DNA of 64,000 bases from Eledone cirrhosa (Eukaryota): positions 266,786,001 to 266,850,000 of the forward strand of contig OZ024740.1 of assembly GCA_964016885.1 (NCBI GenBank). The letters run 5' to 3'. A model generated the notes under the pieces. That model was given only the letters and a program-made list of their open reading frames with translations, did no database searches and was not told the DNA's origin. Below, in pieces: positions 1-13,796 of the stretch (the first letter of the stretch is position 1; each line of letters begins with the position of its first letter). The position numbers and the translations under genes were made by a program.

Positions 1-207
1 TTACTGGTACTTTATTTTATCGACCCTGTAAGGATGAAAGGCAAAGTAAACCTTGGCGGGATTTGAACTCAGATCGTAAAGGGACGTAACTATGCTCAAA
101 TCCCGCCGAGGTTTACTTTGCCTTTCATCCTTACAGGGTCGATAAAATAAAGTACCAGTAATGCACTGGGTAATTGCTGGCCTTGTGCCTAAAGTAGAAA
201 CAATTAT
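1..207. mobile_element. Two SINE halves in inverted (fold-back) arrangement
   Basis: 1-66 is the reverse complement of about 96-161; both are the Nin-like SINE body. Confidence 0.85.
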
Positions 208-424
208 ATATATATATATATAATGAAAAAGAGTTAGTTGATTTAGAATCAGCTGACTTTTATATAACAGATGTCAAGCACTCAACGGTATAAGTTTAAC
301 TGGAGTTTTATTATAATAATAATTGTTTCTACTTTTGGCACAAGGCCAGCAATTATCCTAGTGTATTACTGGTACTTTATTTTATCGCCTCCGTAATGAT
401 GAAAGGCAAAGTTAACCTTTTATA

Positions 425-2072
425 ATAATAATAATAAATGAAAGACTGTTACTTTAGTCCATCCCAATTTATTTTATTATACGTATTTCAAAGATGCAAG
501 GCTTATGTATAACATAAGCCAAAACATGTTCTCTTAAAATAAAATCCACAGGAGAATTAGGAATCATTTGATATACTTGCCAGCTACGGATCTGAACAGC
601 TCGTCTGACCGCCTGCATATCAAATGATTTCTACATCTCCCATGGATTTTATCTGAAGAGAACATGTTTTGGCTTATCTATATATATAAAACTGAGGTTG
701 TCTGTCTGTTTACTAAAACCTTCGGCACACATCTCCTCTTAAACCGTACGTTCAAATTTCGGTGAAATTGCTACACTTATAGATGAAGGTCCGGCGGAAC
801 CATCGGTCAAATAAATTTTCAAATAAGTTCTTGTTTTTTATTATGTCATCTATATATGTAAAACTGAGGTTGTCTGTCTGTCTACTAAAACCTTCGGCAC
901 ACATCTCCTCTTAAACCGTACGTTCAAATTTCGGTGAAATTGCTACACTTATAGATGAAGGTCCGACGGAACCATCGGTCAAATAAATTTTCAAATCGAC
1001 CCACGCCAAGTGTAAAAATCGAATTTGTAATGTATTGATTTTTCAGTTCAAATGTATAAATAGAGTTGAGAGACGAGTTATTTCCCTTTTATGGCGTCAT
1101 TTGCTTATCTATTTATGTTACGTATAAACGACGCGGTGGACCGAGAAGAACAATTTCATGCAAAGAGAAGACCAAGTTTATGGTGTCAATGGAGTCGTTA
1201 GCCTAATATTCTATTTAAAATAACCGAATGATTTCCAGCCACGGAGTTTAAGAATGATGTAAATAAAATTGTAAACGAAAATGACAGGTTATTAAAATAG
1301 TTGTTTCTACTTTTGGCACAAGGCCAGCAATTAAACAGTACATTACTGGTACTTTATTTTATCGACCCCGTAAGGATGAAAGGCAAAGTTAACCTCGACG
1401 GGATTTTAACTTTGCCTTAACATAGTAAAAATAAATAGTGAAGATTTAGGCCAGTACATACGTATGCACCGACGAACATACACATACTTATACATGCGCA
1501 CACACAAATACATACACACACACACACACACGTGCGCGTGCGCGCGTGTGTGTAAACCTTATGCATTTCTACAGTATTTTCACCAAACTTAAGACATAGG
1601 TTACTCATGTACTCCGGATGGTCATGGACACTTTCATTTTCCCAGATATTGATTATAGGGCCTCCCTCAGATAACCCCCTTTAACCACTTCCTTGGAGTC
1701 GACTGAAGCACTGCAGTGCAATGCAAAAAAAAACGTCATAACTTCTGGAGTTCGCAACCGATTTTCACAAAACTTGACACATGGGATACGTTTGTTCTAC
1801 AGATGAATGTGAACTCTCAGAATTGGCACATATTGAGTAGGGGACCCCTGAGGGCAGGAACCCCCTTTTGGAAAAAGTCGATGAGTTTATAAAAGTATAG
1901 TTTTCGAAGCAGCACTGAAGTATTGACATAAATGGTATACATAACTACTATTTAATACCCGAGCAACGCCGGGTACCTCTGCTAGTGTTATATATAAGCC
2001 TTGCATCTTCAAAATACACATAACAAAATAAATTGGGATGGTCTAAAATAACTGTCTTTTGTTTATTATTAT
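425..2072. repeat. About 340 bp palindromic element (about 150 bp arms) whose right arm is split by a Helitron
   Basis: The reverse complement of about 425-575 equals about 616-676 joined to 1986-2072. Confidence 0.85.
677..1985 (+). mobile_element. Non-autonomous Helitron (family A) with duplicated 5' end (677-825, restarting at 849)
   Basis: 5' TC(TA)n start, 3' hairpin cccgagcaacgccggg and terminal CTAG. Inserted between A676 and T1986 with no TSD, as shown by the interrupted palindrome. Contains a captured SINE fragment (1298-1405). Second copy at 39900-41018. Confidence 0.88.
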
Positions 2073-2078
2073 GTAGAA

Positions 2079-2253
2079 GGGCGGTGAATTGGCAGTATCG
2101 GTAGAGGGTCGGACGCCATGCTTTGACGCATCGAGTTACGGCCCTTGCCATTCTGAGTTCAAATCCCGCTTTTCATCCTTACGGAGTCGATAAAATAAAG
2201 TACCAGTCATGCACTGGGTAATTGCTGGCCTTGTGCTAAAAGTAGAAACATTT
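2079..2253 (+). mobile_element. tRNA-derived SINE with Nin-like central domain; further copies at about 319-418, 2705-2870, 3601-3762, 24065-24358, 25092-25208, 34316-34430, 38759-38952 and several at 63120-63870
   Basis: A box tggcagtatcgg, B box gagttcaaatcc, central gcctttcatccttacggggtcgataaaataaagtaccag, tail gccttgtgccaaaagtagaaacaattat. Many copies in the window. Confidence 0.85.
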
Positions 2254-5200
2254 ATTGTTAATATATATATATATATGTATATATATACATACATATACAA
2301 AGTTCATAGGCTGACCATGATACTCTCATGGAATGACCAAATTAAGTTTATTTTTCGACATAGTCCCTGGAAAGAAACAATACAGTTATTAATAAGAAGA
2401 GTTGAAATAAATGCATGTAGGATTTGAGACATTTTGTCATCATTGTCATGTCATCTTCTTAAATTATTAGGTGGTATTTCTGGGAGTATTTGGCTCTTCC
2501 AGTGCCTTAGCCTTAATGGTATGGTTCCATAAATCTTGAGGGAGTCATAGGGGCGCCGTTTTGAAATATTAGTACAGCATTTCTTGGGCATTTTAAACCT
2601 GGCAGAGCCCATCCCTCTCCAGGCCTGAGTACAGCAGATTTCTTCCAGAGAAGGATATAGAAAGTAAGAGAGAGAAAGCAAGAAAACGATATAGAGGAAG
2701 AATCAACCCCAGTACTAGACTGGTATTTTTTTTTATCTACCTCGAAAGGATGAAAAGCAAAGTTGACCGCAGCGGGATTTGAACTTAGAGAGCAGAGAGT
2801 TAGAAAAAATACTGCAAAGCATTCTATCCAACGTTCTGATGACCCTGCCAATTTGCCTTAGCCTTACTATCGGCTCCTTAATGATATCAGTGTTTTGGTT
2901 TGCATCAAAAGTCTTAAAATATTCACTGTCGCAAGTAAGTGTGTATGTCTTTTTTTTTTACTATCTATCTTCCTGGATTATTTTTATTGATTCGTTTTAT
3001 TCATAAATTTTATTCTTATGTTGTACTTCCATATGAAACATCAAACCTAGAAAAAAATTAGATTATATTAGATATTTGATATAGTGTTATTTTTCCTAAA
3101 TATGTATCAACATTTCTTTGTATCTAAGGATGTCTGCTAAACACATTTGCCGAGAATTTTCTATACAAAAAGGAAGACAATACACTTGGTAATGTTAATA
3201 ACGTTACTAATGTTTAAAATATCCTGTTTCGTGTTGATTTACTTGAGCTACAATACAAACAAGAAAACATCTTTAAATCAAATTTTGCATTCATTAAAGG
3301 CATGTGGCCATGCAGTTAGGGTGTTAGTCTCACAATCATAAGGCTGTTGGTTCAATCCTTATCTAGTACAACACGTTGTGTTTATGAGTAAAGTAGTTCT
3401 TGTATTTGACCCCCCCCCCTTTTTTTGTTTTTTTTTAGGGTCAGTCACTGTTGTAGAATGTAGGGCTGCCGATTTTAAAATGTTCGTTGCATCATTTAAA
3501 TTATTTTATAGTAAGGCACCTTTGCTGGATTTATTCCTGGCTACCCCCTATTTCCCACCCCACCTTACCCTTTCAGTGTTTATTATATTATCTAATATAA
3601 GGGCAGTGAATTGGCAGTATCGGTAGAGGGTCGGACGCCATGCTTTGCAGCATAGTTACGGCCCTTTACGGTCTGGGTTCAAATCCTTACGGGGTCGATA
3701 AAATAAAGTACCAGTAATACACTGGCATAATTGCTGGCCTTGTGCCAAAAATAGAAACAATTATATTACCTAATATAATTTGTAGTCATGCATGGGGTGT
3801 GTTGGTTAGGTGTATTGAACTGAAACGATCATTAAGGTCATGGGTTCGATTCCTGAACTGTGCAGGCCTCTTGTGTTCTTGAGTATAAATAAATTTAAAA
3901 AAAAAAAAATTTCACATTGCTCCAGTTAACTCATAAAAATAAGTGCCAACATCAGCTGGGATGAAGTACAAAACCCTCATATAACACCTTGTAATATCCT
4001 ACCCTGTCTTGTCATATACTCTTAGTTGCTTAACCCTTTCATGACTGCATTTCTAATGAAGTACACTCTATTTTAATTAATTGATGACGAATTTTGAGGG
4101 ATTTACTAGAAATATTAATTATTTCATTACTAAGATTGTAACTTAATGTAAGGTTCTTGTATAAAATTATGTTGGAAAATTGAAATCGAAAACCTTTAAA
4201 ATGGGTGGTTTTATTTCATAGAACCAGGGCAGGTTTTGGCTAGTTTGGTAACATAAGGGTTAAAGTTACATTAAAGTGGGATAAGCTCTGGCTTATGAAC
4301 CTATGTTTACTTGTACTTGTGGTGCCGTTTACCCCGGGTGAGTTGAGTCAACCCCATTGAAGGAATTCATGGTGTAAGTTAATTTCAATGGAGTTTCTTT
4401 GGGCATTTGGTTTCACAAACAGTGTCCAGCTACAAGTGTATGCATTTTAGGATAGTCCAATCCAAGCATTGCATCTGTTATAGCGCCAAGCTTTCACTTT
4501 CACACCCAACCCAATTTGGTGGAGCCAGTGCCATGACAGGGATGCATGGAAGGGAGTTTGGCTGGCAGAGATGATAAACACAACCCATTTGAGCCATTTT
4601 GTAGGCTAGCAGGAGCTCACCCAACTAAGAAAAACTAACGTTTTTTTCTTAATGTGTTGGACAAATGAAGTCACATGTAATATCATTAGATTCTGTTTTG
4701 AGAATTCGTCTAACCCATGCTAGTATGGAAAAATGGATGTTAAACTGTGATGATGATGATGAATGATCCTTAGTTTTATGACATATTAATTCCCCATCTT
4801 TTAAAATTAGCTGCATAAAAGACAACTATAAAAGCTATTTCTTAAGTGTTTATACTTATGTAAAAACCTTCTGTCCTATGTTTAGAAACTTTGTTAAATT
4901 ATATTCCAGGAACTGGTAAAAAGGTAGGGTTTTTGCCACTCCTGATCCTAACATATTCATTTTAAATATATATCAAAGAATAATTTCCTTTAAAAACTCC
5001 CACTTCATTCCTCATGTAGGATAGGTTTAAAACACATAAATGAATCTATGCATTAAATGAGAAAACATCCTTCCTTTTTTGACACACCTATATTTCAAAA
5101 GCCAGTTGCTCGTAACTTATCATTTCAAACATTTTCAATAGCCACCAGAAGTTAATTAGATTTATGATGTAAAACATCTAACAACAATTATTCAGTACTT

Positions 5201-5777
5201 AACTGTTTAGAAATTCAATTTTCTTTTATATGTTTTTAAACTGTTTTAGATGGAAAATGTTCTGCTTTATTCTCTATTGGGAATTAAAATCATGAAAGGA
5301 AATTCAAGCCTAAATATTGTAGCATAGAATTTAAGTCTATACAAAAGGAAAAAGGGTAGTAGACACAGCAATTTTCAGATAGGGGACATCAGAAGCCCTC
5401 AAAATGAGTGTGGATTGTGTGGTTCAGGAGTTCACTTCATAACCATATAGTTCCAGGTTCACACTTCCACTGTGGAGTATATAAATCAAAATGTTTTTTA
5501 CTTTAGTTTTGAGTTGACCAATGCCTTGTAAGTGAAATTTGGTAGAGAGAAACAGTGTACAAGCCTGTCATACCCACATACACATATACCCCCCCCCCAC
5601 ACACACACTTACATACATATATATCATATATATGCATATGTAGTTGACAGACGACAGAAAAGAGTATTCAATACCAAAGTAGAGTTTAAATATTTATCTA
5701 TTATGGCTAAGTAGTAAGCCTTGTTACTCTGGAGTTTCACCTGCACACATACAGAATCATCAATAAAATTAATATAC

Positions 5778-8700
5778 ATCATCATCATCATCATCGATTA
5801 ACGTCCATCTTCCACTCTAGCATGGGTTTAGACGGGAATTGTCCCACTTGAGGCAAGATTGGTCGTCTCGCTCGTATGGGACTGTCTGGCAGGTTTACTA
5901 CAGCTGGATGCCCTTCCTAACACCAACCACATTTACAGTGTGGACTGGGAGGTTTTTACCGTGTTACCTACACGGCCACATTACAGCGTGGACTGTGTTT
6001 TTTTGTCGTGACACCTACACAACCTCATTTATTTAGGACTGGATGTACAGAGAAAGGGGTGGTGTTGATGGAGGTGGGTGGGGGGGGGGGGGGGGGTAGT
6101 AGGATGGGGGTGTATATTTGATTAAGAGGTGTCTACTGACTGTAGGTTTCGCTTTGTACTTAGGCAAGGCGGGTTTTCTGTATTAGTGCGTAGCGCCAAA
6201 GATCTCGGTCCAGTGACATTGTCTTAGAGAGGTGTAAGTGTGTAAGGTCGGAATTTATCAAATCATCCCAGGTTTTACTGAGTCTACCTACTCCGTAGCT
6301 TCCATCAATTTTGATCGCCTTGCACTTTTTTATACAGCTGTCGTCTTTCATGCACATCACGTGACCATACCAATGTAGTCTTCTCTCAAGTAAACAGCAT
6401 CTGATCTATCTTATTCCTAATTTCTCACTTAGTTCATTTATGCTTTGCTGTTCATGTATATTACTATTACACATCCAACGGAGCATGCAAGCTACGTTCC
6501 TCTCCAGTCTGCGCAGATCCTCTGCATACAAGGGCCATGTCTCACTGCCATGTAACATAGCTGTTCGTATGCAGGCATCATACAGCCTGCCTTTCATTTT
6601 TAGAGAGAAACCTTTAGCGGCCAATAGTGGTATAAGCTCTCTGAACCTTTTCCTTCCCGTTCTGACTCTGGCTACAGTACTTTCAGAGCACCCTCCACCA
6701 CTGCTGATTTTGTCACCCAAGTAACAGAAGATGTCCACTATTTCTATAGAGCCATCTGGGCAATAGAAGGAGCTAGTATCCTGTGGGCACTTGCTACTTA
6801 TTGCACCTGAGCATCAGCCACATATAAAATCTACATTCTTAGATAGCTTACCTGTGATCCCACTATATCTTTTATGCACCCATACTTAGCATTTGGGACA
6901 TAAAATGGAATTTCTGCCTACTCCTTTCCTACACACTGAGCATGGCCATTTCCCAGAGGGGACCTGTGCCCTATTTTCCTTCCTACATACTAGAACTTTA
7001 GTCTTAGACAAGTTAACTTTAAGGCATTTTGATTCTAGGCCATGCTTCCATGTTTGGAATTTCTTCTCTAGTTCAGCCATCGATTCAGCTATGAGCGTTA
7101 GATCATCTGCATAGAGAAGTTCTTGAACTCCTCTGTTATAGCCTAAAGGGCAATAATAAATAAGAGGGGGCTCAGGACAAAGTGCTGTTGAACACCAACT
7201 TTTACACTAAATTCTTCACTATATTCCTTGTTAATTGTAACCTTGCTGACTGTTTCTTTATACATGGCTTGTATAGCTCTCACAAGCCATTCATCAACCC
7301 CTAGTTTCCTAAGGGCCCACCAGATAATGGCACAGAGGACTCTGTCAAATGCTTTCTCCAAGTCAACAAAAGCTAAGTATAGGGTTTACTTTTAGCTAGG
7401 TACTTCTCCTGTAGTTGTTGTACAAGGAAAAGAGCATCTGTGGTACTTTTGCCTGACACAAACCCGAACTGCATTTCATCTAGATCAATTTGCTCTCTGA
7501 TTAGTTGCGCTATAACTTTTTCTGTGACCTTCATGACCTGGTCAATTAATTTAAAGCCTCTATAGTTTCCCCTATCTAGGGCATCTCCTTTACCCTTGTA
7601 GCAGTTAATGATGATGCTGCTACGCCAGTCATTTGGTATGACCCCGTTCTGTATGACTTGGTTTACTATCCGGGTGACCATAGTGTGTCCCACCGTTCCA
7701 GATGCTTTCAGCATTTCAGCAACTATCTCCGAAGGCCCAGCTGCCTTGCCTGTCTTCATATCTTTGATTGCCTTACTTATTATACTACCTTCAACTTGAA
7801 CTGCTGGTCTCTCTATTGGATCGATATGGGGCAGACTATCTTTTTCCCATTTATTCTCCTCATTTAGTAGCCTCTCGTAGTGGCACTTCCAAGCTACCTT
7901 CTTATCAGCATCAGTGATGGCAAATACACCATCATCATTACAGACACACTTCTCCCCAACAATATCGCGGTTTTCCTTGTCACATTGCCTAGCAATCCTG
8001 AACACCTCTGTTTTTGGTCCTCGCGTTGTAGAACATGCTTGAACTTTCTCTTCTCTGCTTCCCTTCTTGCAAAGTACACTTGTATCCTAGCTTCCCTCCT
8101 CGCCACTTGATAGTATTCTCTACTTCCCCCATCCCACCATACTTTCCAAGCCTGCTTTTTGGCTTTGATTGACTCCTCCACCTTACTGTTCCACCACCAC
8201 TTTACTCTCCTCCTGCCTATAGGTCTGCTCCAGCCACAGATTTCATCTGTCGCCTTCAGCAGGTTAACTTTCAGGAATTCCCACTGTTCCTCTATATTGT
8301 ACGACTCTAATTGCTCTTCCTTACTGTCAAAAGCATCAAATAATATGCTTTTAAATTTGTTACTGGCTGTGGAGTCCTTTAACTTCCATATTCTTCTCCT
8401 TAGGGTAGTCCTCCTCTGTTGTCGAGTATGTCTCGTCCTGACTATGAGGCCGCTAACTATGAGGCCGCTAACTATGAGGCCGCTAACTATGAGGCTTTGT
8501 TGGGAGGTGCATTCTTCATGGGGATTTAGTGTTTACAACAGACACTCTGTCACGTCCTTTGGTAAGGATATAATTTATCTGACTGGCGGGTTCCCCTGAT
8601 CTATAGGTGATCAAGTGGTTGTCTCGTTTTTTGAAGTTTGTGTTACAGATAGTTAGGTTATTAGCGTCACAGAATTCCAGGATTCTGGAGCCTTCCTCAT

Positions 8701-9121
8701 TTCTAGTACCAAACCAATAGCCTCCATGGATTCCGTCATAGCCGTCACAATGTTGTCCAACATGACCATTTAGGTCAGCAATAATTATGTAGTCACTGTC
8801 GGTTATTTGGGAGGTAGTGAGAATTAGCGACTCATAGAATCTGTCTTTTATAATGCCAGGCAGTCCGGATTGGGGTGAATGCACAGATATTATTGTCACA
8901 GTAGTTCTATTTAGGATAAGTCTTATTTTAATTATTCTGTCATTCACTCTATTTACGTCTATTACCTTATCTACCCATTTTTTCTGCTAACATGATTCCT
9001 ACTCCACCCAGCCCATTGTCATTTCCCACCCAGAAAAGTTTATAGCATCGTTTTTTACCCACAATGAATCTAACAGACCCACCCCTCCACCTGGTCTCTT
9101 GAACACAGCAAACATCAACTT
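5778..9121 (-). mobile_element. RTE-clade LINE, near full length, degenerate (APE endonuclease + RT, 3' tail (GAT)n)
   Basis: Fragments in order: VDVCCVQETRW, DLNGHVG, RNEEGSRILEFC, YKGKGDALDRGNYRG, EKAFDRV, LSPLLFII, YADDL, FCYLGD, AMLHGSETW. Then a 3' UTR ending in (gat)n at about 5778-5795. Multiple stops and frameshifts. Confidence 0.92.
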
Positions 9122-9123
9122 CC

Positions 9124-9166
<43 letters not shown>

Positions 9167-9789
9167 TGACCTACATTCCGTGGGCTCACATGCATTCTCC
9201 GTGCGTTATTTGGCTCAGCCCAGCCAATGACTGCCAGCAGAGGAGAATGTATCTCTACGCACCCTGAGGGAAACATTCCCGCGTTTATTCGAGAAATCTC
9301 TCTCTTGCATCCTGACTGTGAAAAGGTAAACAACTAACTTTCTTTCGTCGTGAAATCACTAGCCAATATGTAACACAACAACTAAACCACGGCCTGGCAA
9401 CACTTCAGCCAGTGGACCGTGTCTTCTGATGGTCTTAATCCGTTTGTTTTTTTACTCTTGGCATGCCTGCTCTACTCAGCTCAACCTTGTTAATAAATAA
9501 TGTAAAACAAGCCAAAGTCGTTCTTACCACATCTTTCTACAGAACTGGTTCCTCGTGACGCTACTAACTATAACATAAAAACATCGTAGAGTCTTGAGAT
9601 GCTGTTACCACAGTAATGCCTTTAAATGTGATATGGAAGGATTCTTTCCAGAGGTATTATCACAGCAGCAACAGAACCTGAGACTTACAGCCTAACCTCA
9701 ATTCTTCGTGGGGATACATCTACTCTTAAAACCATCCTGTTAAAACTGGTGACTTTCGACGCAGGAGTATTTAAGCATGAAAAGCTCCT

Positions 9790-9828
<39 letters not shown>

Positions 9829-9865
9829 ACCCAGCATCCTGTTAAATATATATATATATTATATA

Positions 9866-9924
<59 letters not shown>

Positions 9925-9927
<3 letters not shown>

Positions 9928-10760
9928 GATTTACCACAGAACACCCTGATAAAAAAATGGTTCCTTGTCTCTGCTGAACTTCCAACTTACATTAACAGAT
10001 GAAGGTATAATATACTATAAGAAAGCTGCCAGCAGAGATATGTTCGTGCATTATAAATCAGCCCTTTCCCTTGGTGCTAAAACTGGATACATAAGAAATG
10101 AGCTTACATGTATCTGGAATAAATGTAGCAAGACAGCGGACTAGATCACTCACACTGCACACTTCGTAGATGTACTGAAGATGAACGGATATCCAACATC
10201 CACAATGAATCGACTTAAATATCGAAGGCGCCGCAGACATAACATCTCCCTTAATACCTACTTCATGAAATTACCACATTTCAGTGAAAGCATAACCACA
10301 GCTATCCGCAGAGCTATCTGCAAAGAAGGACTGGACATACTTTTAGCACACTTCAACCCTTCCCTGCGTGGATACCCGTTTCAAAAGCAATCCAGAGACA
10401 ACAACAATCAATGCTTGCTGACTAACTGACCTATCTGCGATACAGGTATGTGCCAGCAGACACATGAGGTATACCAGATTGAATACAACAAATGTAAGGA
10501 GTTCTACATTGGTAGCATGACTCGAGCACTCCACACTCGCATTAAAGAACACCTCAATACACACACACACATCCTCATTCAAAAAACACATTGACAAATG
10601 TAGAAACATCAACCAACATATTACTGTTACCATTAAAGCCAGTGATAGAAATGTAGGCAAGTAAATAATTAAGAAAGCCTTGCTCATACATCGACTCAAT
10701 CCACACATAAATAATAGATTAGAACTCAGCAACCAGAACTTGACATAAAAAGACACACCC
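9925..10760 (+). mobile_element. Degenerate Penelope-like element, C-terminal part (RT thumb + GIY-YIG); 9165-9790 may be its 5' part
   Basis: YYKKAASRDMFVHYKSAL...GYIRNE, MNGYP, then across frameshifts VYQI...CKEFYIGSMTRALHTRIKEH (GIY-YIG). Bounded on the left by (TA)n. Confidence 0.7.
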
Positions 10761-10954
10761 ACAGGCACACAAACTAAACAAAAAAGAAAATTAATTTCGT
10801 GAAATACTATATTGCCAATTGGCGTCATTAACATGGAAAGCGAAATAACCATCTTGAAAACGACTTTTAATCAAAATCAAAATTTAATCCCAAAGAGAGG
10901 AAATTGGAATGTTATCCACTGAAGGTTCCTTAAACCCTGATGGGTTTGACACAT

Positions 10955-12246
10955 GAAATGAAGAAGGTTTCAGGCTCCTAGAATTCTGCGACATCAATGA
11001 CAACAACTACCTGATCACATATAGATCTGGTGAACATGCTAGCCAGATGGATTTTATCCTTACCAGAAGACGAGATAGAGTGGTAAACAGGAAATAACTT
11101 CCCTGGTGAGGAATGCACCTCCCTACATAACTTGGTAGTTAGAGACTTCAGTCAGAGCTAGATGAAACTGGAGACAAAGGGAAACCTGGAGGAGAAGGAT
11201 ATGGAAGCTAAAAGATACCTCAGCCAATAACAGATTTAGAAATATTTTGTTTGATGCCTATGACAGTAAAGAAGAACAGATAGAGGCATTCAATATAGAA
11301 AAGCATTGGGAGTTCCTGAAAGATAATTTACTGAAGGCAACAGACAAGATCTGTGGATGGAGCAGGGCTACAAGAGAAGGAGACATACTTGGTGGTGGAA
11401 CAATAAGGTAGATGTGACAATTAAGGCTAAGAGATAGGCATGGAAAAAATGGAAGAACGGGGGAAGCAGGGTACACTACATAGAAACCAGGAAGGAATCT
11501 AGGCAAAAAGTATACTTAGGCTGAAGGGAAGTGGAGGATAAAAAGGTTAAGCATGTTTTGCAGCAGGAGGACCAGAAAGAGGAGGTGTTCTGGATTTCGA
11601 GGCAGTGTATTAGAGAAAATTGTGATGTCATTAGTGAGAAGTGTGTCCGAGGTGATAAAGATGCACTTGCCCTCACAAGTGCTGAGAAGAAAGCTGAATA
11701 GAAGAGCCATTATGAAAGATTACTGAATGAGGAGAATACATGGGAGACAAAGACCCTACCCGAAGCAGACGCCATAGAGGGCCCATCAGTACAAGTCAGC
11801 GGCATTGTAGTGAGTAAGGCAATTAAGGATATGAAGACTGGGAAAGTAGCTGGTCCATCGAGTGTAGCTGCCGAGATGCTGAAAGCATCTGGGTCGGTAG
11901 GTCACACCATAACCACACATATTGTAAACCAAGAAATACTAGATGGTGTTATACCAAATGATTGGCGCAGCAGCATCATTGTCAACTGCTTCAAGGGTAA
12001 AGGAGATGCAGTAGATAAAGGAAACTATAGTGGTATAAAGCTGATGGACCAGGTCATGAATGTAACAGAAAGAGTTATAGCACAGCTGATTAGGGACTGG
12101 GTAAATCTAGGTGAGATGCAGTTTGAATTTGTGCCAGGCAAATGCACCATGGATACTCTCTTCCTTATGAGGCAGTTACAGGAAAAGTATCTAGCTAAAA
12201 GTAAGCCGCTCTACGTGGCATTTGTTGATCTGGAAAAAGCCTTTGT
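10955..12246 (+). mobile_element. RTE-clade LINE internal fragment, same family
   Basis: NEEGFRLLEFCD through ORF 11810-12277 (KGKGDAVDKGNYSGIKLMDQ...AFVDLEKAF); truncated at both ends. Confidence 0.88.
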
Positions 12247-12352
12247 TGAGGAAATCCCAACTATATCTAGCCAGTAGCATCTACCCTCCTCCACTAGTTC
12301 CTGCTCCTTACCTGTATGGGTTATGATGTTCCAGGTTCCAACTGTCAATGTT
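12241..12352 (-). mobile_element. N-terminal APE fragment of a different RTE-like LINE, opposite orientation
   Basis: Minus strand translates LTVGTWNIITHTGKEQELVEEGRCYWLDIVGISSTK, the typical APE start (TWN...DIVG.SET). Confidence 0.65.
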
Positions 12353-13762
12353 TACTCCCTCCTGGACCTTCTTTAAGGTCTCGAGATACATAATCTTTGT
12401 GTGTCCATCCCACACCTTCCATGACAGGTCGCAGGCCCATCACCAGTTTTTGCAACATGAAATGGAGACTGCAATATATTTTTGGAACAGCCCCCCCCCC
12501 CTACCTAAAACATGAACGTGTCCCTTGTTAACTAACACAAAGGATAATGCGGTATGGTTCTTCTTTACTTTCTTCATCATATTGCAATTTCAGTGGTCTT
12601 AGTCACACCAATCACCAGTCTGGTACTTTGTCAAACTGGAGAAGACGAGGCTTTTTTAGAGGCAGTCTTTACTTGTTTCATCGTAGCTACATCACTGGGT
12701 TGTGTGAGTTTTTTTGAGAGCTACAGGCGTCACCATTGCTCCATCTCCTCAAGTAGTTTACTGCTGTTGGTCTGAGGTTGCTTATTCTTCCGACAGTTAA
12801 CCATTGATATCGTAACTAGCCATCATATCTGGGGGCTGTATCGCTATCTGCCACCTGCAACCCATTCTCTAGTAGACCAGCTCTGCTCAGAATTTACTAC
12901 CTTCAAACATTAAAAAAGAAAATCCTTTAGAGAAATATGTAGATAAGACATGTTTACAATATTGTCACTCACTTAACTATTCAACTTTATCTCAGCCATA
13001 GATACAGTGCAATGTTGTTTCTGGGATAAGGAATCTTTGTGGCCCCATTACGAAAGGAAAAGTAGATATAAACACCAAATGTGTTGTTTAAACTTATCCT
13101 GGTCTGATAAAATCGTAGGTCAGATGTGGTTATTAAATAAACTATCAATTATATGATTATATGCCTTAAGGACTTGTTTACATGTTAACGTTAACTTGAA
13201 CAGGATAGTTCTGATGTATCATTGTCATCACTTCCCCCATCATCATCATCATTGATAATGCCATTATTATCACCTTCACTATTATTATTATCTCAGTTGT
13301 CCTAACACTTTCATTACCATATTTATCATTAAAAAATGTATCTATGAATTTCAAATGACTTTTAAATATTGTATACACTCGAGAAACAGTCGATCTCATG
13401 TAAAAGTTGAACTCTTATTTTTTGCCAAAACAATCTGGAATTTTCCATAGACCTTGTATAAACATCAACCCTAATATTCCACAGATAATAGGTCAACATT
13501 TGTGGATCAAGGTATCACTGTGTATGTAGAAATAACACTGTTACAAAATCATCATGAATTTAAGGCAAATTTATATTATTGCAAATACATGTCTGAAACT
13601 AAAGATTTACCCAAACATATGCCTACTTTACTACAGCCTGCCTGGGATGAGTGTGACTTTAACCACAAATATGAAAATAATGTGATCGGAGAGTTGTGTT
13701 GCAAAACAGGTATCAGCCATGTACACAGTTTTACGGTAGGTAGTGGCATACCGGTAGATATA

Positions 13763-13763
<1 letters not shown>

Positions 13764-13796
<33 letters not shown>

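Noticed and set aside
8440-8495. 15 bp tandem repeat (actatgaggccgcta) inside the RTE
   Set aside because: Local slippage in a dead copy; absent from the homologous region at about 11120-11150.
6440-8599. Plus-strand ORFs overlapping the RTE (and minus-strand ORFs over 27073-28943)
   Set aside because: Antisense shadows of LINE coding sequence with no independent motifs.
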